From Smithella sp. M82 (GTDB lineage: Bacteria > Desulfobacterota > Syntrophia > Syntrophales > Smithellaceae), in NCBI GenBank assembly GCA_001683985.1, contig MAEO01000227.1, positions 4,958 through 68,957 of the forward strand: a stretch of 64,000 nucleotides of DNA, in the 5' to 3' direction. Below the pieces are notes generated by a model. The model was given only the letters and a program-made list of their open reading frames with translations, had not been told where the DNA came from and did no database searches. Position 1 is the stretch's first letter. Every line of letters starts with the position of its first letter. The position numbers and the translations under genes were made by a program. This document shows positions 1 through 8,321 of this stretch, in pieces.

Positions 1-83
1 ACGGTTATCCTACTACGGCCAGCGGTAAAATTCAGAAGTTCAAAATGAAAGAGATTTTTTCACATAAATATTATCAAAAATGA
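1..83 (+). CDS. AMP-dependent acyl-CoA synthetase/ligase, C-terminal fragment (5' end outside window)
   Basis: Frame 3 reads GYPTTASGKIQKFKMKEIFSHKYYQK* with stop at 81-83. The T-x-SGKI-x-K/R motif is the conserved C-terminal motif of adenylate-forming ligases. Confidence 0.5.
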   Translation, partial: GYPTTASGKIQKFKMKEIFSHKYYQK

Positions 84-139
84 TAAAAGGATTCTTACTA
101 TCGATAAGGGTTTGATTGAGGAAGGAGTAATATTTAAAA

Positions 140-2227
140 ATGGAAAAATTTTTCTATCCACGCAGTATTGTAGTTATTGGCGCGTCAGTAAAAAGAATGA
201 ATCTGGGGCATATTATCGTATTGAACAACAGAAAGAACGGATATCAAGGGAACATTTACGGGGTCGGCAGTAAAGAAGGAGAAATTGCAGGCGCGCATGT
301 TTATGACAGTGTCGATAAACTTCCAGAAATTCCTGATGTCGCCATTATCATTTCTCCGGCAAAAACAGTTCCGGATTTCATGGAGGCCTGCGGAAAAAAA
401 GGTATTAAGCGCATTGTAATTGAATCCGGCGGATTCAGCGAATACTCGAAAGGTCAGCAAACTATAGAGAAAAAATTACTGGAGATTGCCGACCGTTACA
501 ATATTCGTTTCATAGGTCCGAACTGTGTAGGTACGGTAAATTTCGATATCAAAATGATGATGCCTTTCGGTTTTTTCCCGGGAACACCGGCTGGAGGACG
601 TGTGGGTATGATTGTCCAGAGCGGCGGGGTCGGCAGCTCCTACCTTAGAGAATTGGGTGATAATGCCATCATTCCCGGCAAATTCGCGGCCATCGGCAAT
701 AAATTGCAGATAGATGAAGTAGATATTTTTGACTATCTGCTCAAAGATGAAAAGACAGATATTATTACAATGTATATGGAAGGCTTCAAGCGGGGGAGAG
801 CGTTTTTTGACCTGGCGCATAAATCGAATAAACCGATTATCGTCCAAAAATCCAACCGCAGTAAGCTCACCGCCAGTATCGCTCAGTCTCATACAACAGC
901 CCTTTCCGCCGATGATGCCGTTGTAGACGGTTGTTTTCGACAGGCAGCAATTATCCGTGCGGAAGATGATATTGATTTTATCAGCGCAGTTAAAATTATC
1001 AGGCTTCCTCTCATGAAAAGCAGGCGGGTGGCGGTTCTGTCCCGTTCCGGTGGGCATGCCGTCATGACCGTTGATGCCTGTGCCAAATTCGGATTTTCGC
1101 TGGTTGATTTTCCCGAAACTTTCTTTGAGACGATAAAAGCCATTTATCACACGCGGGTAATTGCTCATCAAAACCCCCTCGACCTGGGAGAAATTTTCGA
1201 CTACACCATCTTTACCAGAATACTGGAAGAAGCCCTGAAACTCCCTGATGTTGACGGCGTTCTGTTCAATCACCTTTATGTATCCAGTTACGAAGGTGAA
1301 ATGTCGCGCGACTTTTTAGGCAATGTCGGCAGGCTTGTGGAAAAATATCAAAAACCCGTAGCGGTAACAGTAATTACCGATGCACCTGAACTTCTTAATA
1401 TATCGAGACACCAGGGATATCCTCTTTTTACTACTCCTTTAATGGCGGCAAAAGCCCTCCATGCTTCCGCTACTTACTATGAAGAGAAAGCCGCCAGAGA
1501 TAACAGGGGAGAAATTGTCACTACACCTATCGATCTGGAGACAATCAACAAAATTAAAAACATCTGTCAGGCCGAAAAGCGGATTCCGCTGACTGATGAA
1601 GCCCTGCAAATTGCCGAAGCCGCAGGTATTCGATGCATTTCCGGCGTTACCGTTAAATCAGCGAAGGAAACAGGCAAAATCAAATTTGATTTCCCGGTTG
1701 CAGTGAAACTTCTTTCTCGTGACGCATCCCATAAATCCGATGTAGGTGGTGTGCAGCTAAAAATTAAAAACCACAAGGAACTCACCAAGGCCATATCCGG
1801 CATGAAAAAGACTTTCAGAAAAATCTTTTCTCAACCATCTATTGATGGCTTCCTGATTCAGAAAATGGCTGAAGAAGGTGTAGAATGTTTCGTCGGCGGA
1901 CGTCAGGATCCTGTTTTCGGTCCTATTGTCATTGCCGGGCTTGGTGGTATTTTTCTCGAAATTTTTAAGGACACGGCTATTCGACTTGCACCGGTAACAA
2001 AAAACGAAGCTATGGACATGCTGAAAAATTTGAAGGCGTATCCGGTATTGCAGGGAGCGAGAGGAAAGATGAAAGCTGACATAGATGCTTTTGCCGATAT
2101 AATTTGCCGGGTATCACAGCTATTGGCAACGGCTACGGATATAGCCGAAATAGATCTTAATCCTGTTATTGTTCACGAAGTAGGCACGGGCGTGTCTATC
2201 GTCGATAGCCGGGTTTTCTTCAAATAA
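140..2227 (+). CDS. ADP-forming acyl-CoA synthetase (acetate--CoA ligase family; CoA-binding/ligase-CoA domains fused to ATP-grasp)
   Basis: 695-aa ORF. N-terminus PRSIVVIGAS, FIGPNCVG and QSGG resemble succinyl-CoA-synthetase alpha; the C-terminal half looks like an ATP-grasp domain. GAAGGAG RBS lies upstream. Confidence 0.8.
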   Translation: MEKFFYPRSIVVIGASVKRMNLGHIIVLNNRKNGYQGNIYGVGSKEGEIAGAHVYDSVDKLPEIPDVAIIISPAKTVPDFMEACGKKGIKRIVIESGGFSEYSKGQQTIEKKLLEIADRYNIRFIGPNCVGTVNFDIKMMMPFGFFPGTPAGGRVGMIVQSGGVGSSYLRELGDNAIIPGKFAAIGNKLQIDEVDIFDYLLKDEKTDIITMYMEGFKRGRAFFDLAHKSNKPIIVQKSNRSKLTASIAQSHTTALSADDAVVDGCFRQAAIIRAEDDIDFISAVKIIRLPLMKSRRVAVLSRSGGHAVMTVDACAKFGFSLVDFPETFFETIKAIYHTRVIAHQNPLDLGEIFDYTIFTRILEEALKLPDVDGVLFNHLYVSSYEGEMSRDFLGNVGRLVEKYQKPVAVTVITDAPELLNISRHQGYPLFTTPLMAAKALHASATYYEEKAARDNRGEIVTTPIDLETINKIKNICQAEKRIPLTDEALQIAEAAGIRCISGVTVKSAKETGKIKFDFPVAVKLLSRDASHKSDVGGVQLKIKNHKELTKAISGMKKTFRKIFSQPSIDGFLIQKMAEEGVECFVGGRQDPVFGPIVIAGLGGIFLEIFKDTAIRLAPVTKNEAMDMLKNLKAYPVLQGARGKMKADIDAFADIICRVSQLLATATDIAEIDLNPVIVHEVGTGVSIVDSRVFFK

Positions 2228-2327
2228 CAATTTCGTTTTCCGGAAGTGAATCACAGCATCGCGTCTTCTATATGCTTGCGTAAGCGATGAACGCAATCAG
2301 TTCTATAACTGTTTGAATTTGCTATGA

Positions 2328-3575
2328 TCAAGTTAGTGTATATTGTTTTCCTTTTTTTAGGGTCAGAATGGCAAGGGCAATGCAACTTAACACAAAAATA
2401 TTTACCAGCCAGAGATATTGATACGATCCGAATTTATCGTAAATAAAACCGCCTAAAGCTGGTCCGATTGCTCCACCGAGACCGATAAAAAAAGTTAAAA
2501 GACCATAGATTGATCCCAAAACATGTCTGCCGAAACGATCAGCTATAAGAAGCGGTATTAAAGGTGCGAGCGAACCGTAGCCAAACCCATAGATAAGAGC
2601 ACAAACATACAGATTAAAGACACCGCGTACATTCAGCATAAGTATTGTACCTGTCAGCATAAAAACTATCCCGGTAAAAGATATATATTTGGGATCTTTT
2701 ATTCTGTCTGTCATCCAACCGAAAAGAAATTGGCCGATAAAACCGGTTAAACTTATCGCGGCTAAAGACGAAGCAGCGGCCATTTTGTCAATACCGTTAT
2801 CAGTCGCGTAAGCCACCTGATGCACAAAAACAGACATAGTAACCATAACAGCCAATCCCTGACAAAAAGCAAGCGTCCAGAAACGCGAATCTTTAAAAAG
2901 AATCAGGGCGGAAACACTTTGAATTTGTTTTGTTTCCGGCAGTTGATGACTAAAAGTTATTTCGTCTCCATCAGGTAAAAGACCATACGCTTCAGGATTA
3001 GTTTTTTTCATCAACGTTTGGGAAATTAAAACTCCCATCATTAATACAATAAAACTCAAAGTCATCAACCCGAAACGCCAATTAAATGTGCTGACAATAT
3101 ATCCGGCCAGTGGCGTCAATATAACAGTTCCCAGACTTATTCCCATGGAAGCAATTCCCACTGCCACCCCCCTTTTTTTAACAAACCATTTACCGACTGA
3201 AGAACTGCAGGCAACCACACCCATTCCGGCAGCTCCCCATCCGACCATTAATCCATAACTGACATACAAACCGAGAGAAGTTTTAACAAAGCTCGTCATC
3301 ATGTAACCACAACAGGAAATTAAAGCCCCTGCAGTTATTATCCAACGCGGCGCAATGCGGTCCAGCATTCTTCCGACAAATATAGCGCAAAATGAATAGA
3401 CAACCATATTGATAGTCGCTGCCATCGATATTACCGAACGTGACAAGCCAAACTCTGCCGCCATCGGTTTGAGAAAAACACCGAAACAGTAACGGGACCC
3501 GTAATTCATCGCCATCACTAGAAAAGCTCCGCTTACAATGTACCAGCCCCAGAAGATTTTTTGATTCTTTTCCAT
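2328..3575 (-). CDS. MFS transporter (oxalate/formate-antiporter-like subfamily)
   Basis: 415-aa highly hydrophobic ORF with about 12 predicted TM helices and an MFS-like GRxxDR loop (VGRMLDRIAPR). Confidence 0.75.
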   Translation of the reverse strand: MEKNQKIFWGWYIVSGAFLVMAMNYGSRYCFGVFLKPMAAEFGLSRSVISMAATINMVVYSFCAIFVGRMLDRIAPRWIITAGALISCCGYMMTSFVKTSLGLYVSYGLMVGWGAAGMGVVACSSSVGKWFVKKRGVAVGIASMGISLGTVILTPLAGYIVSTFNWRFGLMTLSFIVLMMGVLISQTLMKKTNPEAYGLLPDGDEITFSHQLPETKQIQSVSALILFKDSRFWTLAFCQGLAVMVTMSVFVHQVAYATDNGIDKMAAASSLAAISLTGFIGQFLFGWMTDRIKDPKYISFTGIVFMLTGTILMLNVRGVFNLYVCALIYGFGYGSLAPLIPLLIADRFGRHVLGSIYGLLTFFIGLGGAIGPALGGFIYDKFGSYQYLWLVNIFVLSCIALAILTLKKGKQYTLT

Positions 3576-3720
3576 TTATGTATTCTCTTTTTAAAAGAAA
3601 TTTAAACATTTTCTTCAACTATTCCATAATAAATGTAAAAAATAAATAAAATTGAAGTCAGATATAAATTCACCGTTTAGGTTTGGAAAGATTTTTTTTG
3701 ATACTAATGGAAATTGGAAC

Positions 3721-4386
3721 TTATTGACCGACAAGAAGTTTCTTAAACCAAGGGAAAAAGAGCGTCATACTGGCGTCTTTTACCCAGATCCGATATTTTT
3801 CTTCCAAAGGATTCATGTTCAGTATCTGGGCCTGGCATGATCTGGCTCCAACCAGGGATATCATCAGGCTGTAAAAACAATAGATGAACATTTCTATTTC
3901 GCGGCCCGATCCCCGAAGCGTTAGTTTTTCTTCCATGCCACGTCTCATGGCAGCCATGCTCATAATGATAAAACGATAGCCGGGTATTTCTTCGATATTA
4001 CCGATGTTTACTGCATTAAGGGCAGCTATACGCAAAGCATCGGGTTTGTCCATGGTGTAATCAAGCATCCGATCAATGAAAAGTGAAAATCCATCCTTAA
4101 ACGACATGGTATCAAGACCGTCATACCAGGATTCCTGTACCGGAATTGTCTCATCATAAATAGCCTCAGCCATTTCGTAGAATAGTTTTTCTTTAGAACC
4201 GAAATAATAATGAATCATCGGGTGCTCTACACCAGCCTGGCTGGCAATCATACGGGTACTGGCAGTTTTAAACGAATATGATGAAAATACTTCTCTGGCC
4301 GCTTGTAAAATTCTTTCCCTGACATTTTTTTCATTGGCAGGTGATTGTTTTTTAGTATTTTTTTTAACTTTTCCATAATTCAGCAT
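3721..4386 (-). CDS. TetR/AcrR family transcriptional regulator
   Basis: 221-aa ORF. N-terminal HTH signature RILQAAREVFSSYSFKTASTRMIASQAGVEHPMIHYYFGSKEKLF. Divergent from the ACAD operon. Confidence 0.85.
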   Translation of the reverse strand: MLNYGKVKKNTKKQSPANEKNVRERILQAAREVFSSYSFKTASTRMIASQAGVEHPMIHYYFGSKEKLFYEMAEAIYDETIPVQESWYDGLDTMSFKDGFSLFIDRMLDYTMDKPDALRIAALNAVNIGNIEEIPGYRFIIMSMAAMRRGMEEKLTLRGSGREIEMFIYCFYSLMISLVGARSCQAQILNMNPLEEKYRIWVKDASMTLFFPWFKKLLVGQ

Positions 4387-4561
4387 GATATAAACAAGAC
4401 CACATGGTAAATAAAATATTTAATTTTTTACAGCCTCTATTTGGCTAATTCAGCACATTTCACAGTAATAACGTATAATTGTATAAGTTGTTGTATTTAT
4501 AGCTATATGCTGTACATATCACAATATTTATCATAAAGATAGAAATATTTTAAAAAAGAGA

Positions 4562-4590
4562 TTGACATGCATTATTTTTTCTAGTACTTA
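4562..4590 (+). promoter_or_regulatory. sigma-70-like promoter candidate for the ACAD operon (TTGACA-17 nt-TACTTA)
   Basis: TTGACA at 4562-4567, 17-nt spacer, TACTTA at 4585-4590, in the divergent TetR/ACAD intergenic region. Confidence 0.4.
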
Positions 4591-4601
4591 CCAATCGGTA
4601 A
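4588..4601. promoter_or_regulatory. Inverted repeat TTACC-N4-GGTAA, candidate TetR operator overlapping the -10
   Basis: TTACCAATCGGTAA: 5-bp arms are perfect reverse complements and overlap the putative -10 hexamer. Confidence 0.3.
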
Positions 4602-4785
4602 ACAACTTTGCAACAAATTTAGAACGGATGAAATTCTGCGTAGGTTGGTTTTGTGTGTTTTAATTTTTAGTTACTTTTTTAGAGTGACGCCGTAACAAAA
4701 TTGTCGTAGCATCACAAAAGTTTTTGGTTTTAAATAGATACTTTTAAAACAATGTTTATTACAAAAGTTAAAAAAGGAGGTAGGA

Positions 4786-5892
4786 ATGTCAACTTTTAGT
4801 TTGGATGAAGATCAACGACAAATTAAAGAATCCATGGAAAGCTTTGCGGCCGATGAATTAAGACCGATTTCAAGGGATTGCGATGAGAAATTTGAAATTC
4901 CACCGGAGTTTCTTGAAAAAACATGGGGGCTGGGACTTACTGCCAATATCATACCTGAAGAGTATGGCGGCTATGGATTTAACAGATCATGCCTGAATAA
5001 TGTCATCATGGCAGAGGCGCTTGCTCACGGCGATCTTTCATTGTCTCTCGCGGCAATGGCGCCGAATCTTTTTGTGTTGCCCATTCTGGAAATGGGAACG
5101 GATGCGCAGAAGAAGAAATACCTTCCAACTTTTTGCGACGATAAATACAAGGTTGGAACCTTGGCTATCATGGAACACTCCATTTCTTATGATCCGTTTA
5201 ACGTGCAAACAAAAGCTGTCCTGAACAAGGATAGTTATGTGTTAAACGGAGAAAAATGCCTTGTTCCGATGGCGGATCAGGCAGAATACATGCTTGTAAT
5301 TGCTTCGACAGACAAGGGCGCCGGCGCTTTTATCGTCGATAAGAATGCTGCGGGAATGTCATTGGTAGAAAAAGAAAAAAACATGGGTCTTAATGCTCTG
5401 CCCCTTTACAGTGTAGCTTTTAAAGATTGCAAGGTGCCTGTCGAAAATTGTCTCGGTGGGGAAAGGGGAATTGATTACACAAGACTTTTATGTCTTTCCC
5501 GTATCGGACTTTCCGCCACGATGGTGGGTGTTTCACAGGCAGTATTGGATTACTCCATCAAATATGCAAAAGAACGTGTAGCTTTCGGATTTCCTATTGC
5601 TACACGTCAGTCAATCGCATTTATGCTTGCCGATGCAGCCATAGAAATTGAAGGAATAAGATCTATGACCTGGAAGGCGGCCTGGACAGCAGACCAGGGA
5701 GAAGCAATGAATAGCGAGCTTTTGAGGATCTCCTATCTAACCAAGACATATGCTGCCGAACAGGCATTTAAGATTGCCGATTATGGAGTTTCGATATTGG
5801 GAGGACATGGCCTTATCCGTGAACATAACATCGAACTGTGGTTCAGGAATGCAAGGGCATTTTCAATGTTAGAAGGTCTGGCAATGGCCTAA
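4786..5892 (+). CDS. acyl-CoA dehydrogenase (short C-terminus)
   Basis: 368-aa ORF with ACAD-like layout, AGGAGG RBS. Ends ...FSMLEGLAMA only 5 residues after the position of the catalytic-base motif. Confidence 0.85.
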   Translation: MSTFSLDEDQRQIKESMESFAADELRPISRDCDEKFEIPPEFLEKTWGLGLTANIIPEEYGGYGFNRSCLNNVIMAEALAHGDLSLSLAAMAPNLFVLPILEMGTDAQKKKYLPTFCDDKYKVGTLAIMEHSISYDPFNVQTKAVLNKDSYVLNGEKCLVPMADQAEYMLVIASTDKGAGAFIVDKNAAGMSLVEKEKNMGLNALPLYSVAFKDCKVPVENCLGGERGIDYTRLLCLSRIGLSATMVGVSQAVLDYSIKYAKERVAFGFPIATRQSIAFMLADAAIEIEGIRSMTWKAAWTADQGEAMNSELLRISYLTKTYAAEQAFKIADYGVSILGGHGLIREHNIELWFRNARAFSMLEGLAMA

Positions 5893-5914
5893 GCCTAAAT
5901 GAAGGAGGAGCAAA

Positions 5915-7114
5915 ATGATAAGTTTTAAAGTATCTGATATGGAAAAACAGGTTGCGGATTTAATCCATGGTATGGCCAAAGATATCATGAGACCGATTGC
6001 ACGATATTATGACGAACACGAACATCAAAGACCGACAGAACTGGAGCCGTTTCGCGTTATCATGCAGGCGGGAGGAATGGGAACAGGCAGAAAAAAGAAA
6101 AGCGGCGAAAAAAAGGAAATTAAAGTAACCGACGATAAGATTGGCGCAAATGCAATGTCTATTACCGGGGCCGAAGAACTGGCCTGGGGCGATGTCGGGT
6201 TGATGCTGGCCCTGCCGGGACAGGGACTGGGAAACGCAGCCATCAGTGCGGTAGCTACTGATGAACAATATGAGCGTTTTGGAAGCAAGTATGCCGCCAT
6301 GGCTATTACCGAACCGGGTTGCGGATCGGATGCCAGCGCCGTCAGCACGACAGCCGTTCTTGATGGCGACGAATATGTATTGAATGGGGAAAAAATATTT
6401 GTTACCGACGGCGATCGCTGTGAAGTAGTTGTTGTCTGGGCTACCCTCGATAAGAGTAAGGGTAGAAATGCAATTAAATCCTTTGTCGTGGAAAAAGGCA
6501 CACCGGGCCTGACCGTAGGTAAACTGGAACATAAGTGCGGCATCCGGGCGTCAGATACCGCAGTGCTGATTTTTCAGGATTGCAGAATACCAAAAACCAA
6601 TATATTGGGCGATCCGGAAATAAGACCCGAAGGCGGCTTCAAGGGTGTTATGGCGACTTTTGATGCCACACGTCCATTGGTTGGCGCTCTGGCATTGGGT
6701 TGCGCAAGAGCCGCTTATGAGTTCACCAAAGAAGCCCTGGCTAAGGAAGGCATAGAAATCCGATACGACAAACCTCTCGTTAAATTAAGCGCTATTGAAA
6801 AAGACATGCTCTGGATGGAAGCCCAGTTGGAAATGATGCGCGTCATAATACAAAAGGCTGCATGGATGGCCGATAATGGCCGGCCGAATAATTTGGAGGC
6901 GTCCATGGCCAAGGCCAAAGGAGGCAAGGCAGGCAATCTAATTGTTCAGAAGTGTGTTGAGATCCTTGGACCTATCGGCTATTCACAGAGATATCTGCTG
7001 GAAAAATGGATGAGAGACAATAAGGTCAATGATATTTATGAGGGTACGCAGCAGATTCAGATGCTGGTTATCGCAAGGCGTATCCTTGGTTATGGAAGAG
7101 ATATGCTTGCTTAA
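5915..7114 (+). CDS. acyl-CoA dehydrogenase
   Basis: 399-aa ORF with canonical ITEPGCGSD and DIYEGTQQIQ motifs. AAGGAGGAG RBS; starts 22 nt after the previous ACAD. Confidence 0.9.
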   Translation: MISFKVSDMEKQVADLIHGMAKDIMRPIARYYDEHEHQRPTELEPFRVIMQAGGMGTGRKKKSGEKKEIKVTDDKIGANAMSITGAEELAWGDVGLMLALPGQGLGNAAISAVATDEQYERFGSKYAAMAITEPGCGSDASAVSTTAVLDGDEYVLNGEKIFVTDGDRCEVVVVWATLDKSKGRNAIKSFVVEKGTPGLTVGKLEHKCGIRASDTAVLIFQDCRIPKTNILGDPEIRPEGGFKGVMATFDATRPLVGALALGCARAAYEFTKEALAKEGIEIRYDKPLVKLSAIEKDMLWMEAQLEMMRVIIQKAAWMADNGRPNNLEASMAKAKGGKAGNLIVQKCVEILGPIGYSQRYLLEKWMRDNKVNDIYEGTQQIQMLVIARRILGYGRDMLA

Positions 7115-7140
7115 AAAAAATAAGAAAATTAAATTGTTTG

Positions 7141-7176
7141 GTGGCTTGCGTGTTTTCATGTAAGCCACTTTTTTTA
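7141..7176 (+). terminator. Rho-independent terminator after the ACAD pair
   Basis: GTGGCTTGC (7141-7149) pairs with GTAAGCCAC (7160-7168), including one G-U pair, followed by a run of 7 T. Confidence 0.6.
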
Positions 7177-7345
7177 AAGTAATTTCATTCTTTTTATCTA
7201 TCTTCATAATTATAAGCAAATCAATAGTATTCTTCGTTCACTTCTCAAATAAAAAATCAATTAACAACTGGAAATTTGTAATCAAATTGTGTTATTCATC
7301 ATGCAAATATGATATAAATTGAAATGATTTTTAGAGGAGGCAATT

Positions 7346-7816
7346 ATGGCAGACTTGTCAAAGCTGGATATGGAATTCCCTGCTTATACTTTCACAATAG
7401 AAAAAGACAAAGTAATTGAATTTGCCATTGCTGTTTCTCAAAAAGAAAATAAGGAACAAATAAACCCGATTTATTACGACGAGGAAGTTGCCCGCAAGGC
7501 AGGATACAGAGGAATACCAGTCCCGCCAACTTTCCCGACCTGCTCTTTCTTTTGGACAGGCGGCGGACTAATAGGTACAGTTAAAGCTTTGGGAATTGAT
7601 TTGAGCAGGCTGTTGCACCGGGAAGAAGAATACGAATATTTAGGCAACATTTACGTCGGTGATGTCATTACCCGTAAAATGAAAGTTATCGATATGTCAA
7701 AAAAAGTGAGCAGAAACAAGGTTGTGGAGGTTACTATCCTGGAAACGGAATTGATAAATCAGCTCGGCGAATTGGTGCTTAAAAACCATACAAAATTAAT
7801 GGAAATAGGAACATAA
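7346..7816 (+). CDS. MaoC-family hot-dog protein, N-terminal-type (non-catalytic partner subunit)
   Basis: 156-aa ORF, GAGGAGG RBS. Hot-dog-sized, lacks the D-x-N-P-x-H hydratase motif, and sits 2 nt upstream of the catalytic half. Confidence 0.7.
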   Translation: MADLSKLDMEFPAYTFTIEKDKVIEFAIAVSQKENKEQINPIYYDEEVARKAGYRGIPVPPTFPTCSFFWTGGGLIGTVKALGIDLSRLLHREEEYEYLGNIYVGDVITRKMKVIDMSKKVSRNKVVEVTILETELINQLGELVLKNHTKLMEIGT

Positions 7817-7818
7817 AT

Positions 7819-8268
7819 ATGGCTCTAAATTATGATGATATTGAAGTCGGGGATAAAATGCCTGTTTATACATCCGCCCCGATTACCAGAACACATCTTG
7901 TCCGTTATGCCGGAGCTTCCGGTGATTTTAATCCGCTTCATCATGATCAGACTTTCGTTAAAACAATAGGCATGAAAAATGTTATAGCCCACGGTATGTT
8001 AATAATGGGTATTGCCGGCGAGGCCGTTACTTCCTGGATAGAAAATAAATATCTAAGAAAAATTAACGCCCGTTTTTTAAGCATGACAGAGCCCGTAGAT
8101 CTGGACGACATCGAAAACACAAAAAACCGGGCAACAATCATCGTCAGCGGTGAAGTAGTAAAAAAATTTGAAGAAAACGGCGAAAAAAGAATTCAGTGCG
8201 ATATAATTGCTCAAGATGCTTTAGGAAGCAAAAAACTTTCGGGATTTTTTATCGCAGCTTTGCCTTAA
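7819..8268 (+). CDS. MaoC-like (R)-specific enoyl-CoA hydratase, catalytic subunit
   Basis: 149-aa ORF with the hydratase-2 motif YAGASGDFNPLHHD. Confidence 0.8.
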   Translation: MALNYDDIEVGDKMPVYTSAPITRTHLVRYAGASGDFNPLHHDQTFVKTIGMKNVIAHGMLIMGIAGEAVTSWIENKYLRKINARFLSMTEPVDLDDIENTKNRATIIVSGEVVKKFEENGEKRIQCDIIAQDALGSKKLSGFFIAALP

Positions 8269-8321
8269 CAAGCCAAACTTTACAAGCTGGTCGCTTTATC
8301 AAAAATAACAACAGGTAATTT

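Noticed and set aside
476-1273. 265-aa antisense ORF inside the ADP-forming acyl-CoA synthetase gene
   Set aside because: It lies fully within, and antisense to, a gene with clear conserved motifs. Its composition is odd (Cys/Arg/Gly-rich) and it has no RBS. This is a typical shadow ORF.
4593-4610. Sigma-54 promoter for the ACAD operon (CGGTAA...TTTGCA), given the adjacent NtrC-type regulator gene
   Set aside because: The GG-to-GC spacing is one nucleotide too long and the -24 element is not TGGCAC-like. A sigma-70-type TTGACA/TACTTA pair explains the region better.
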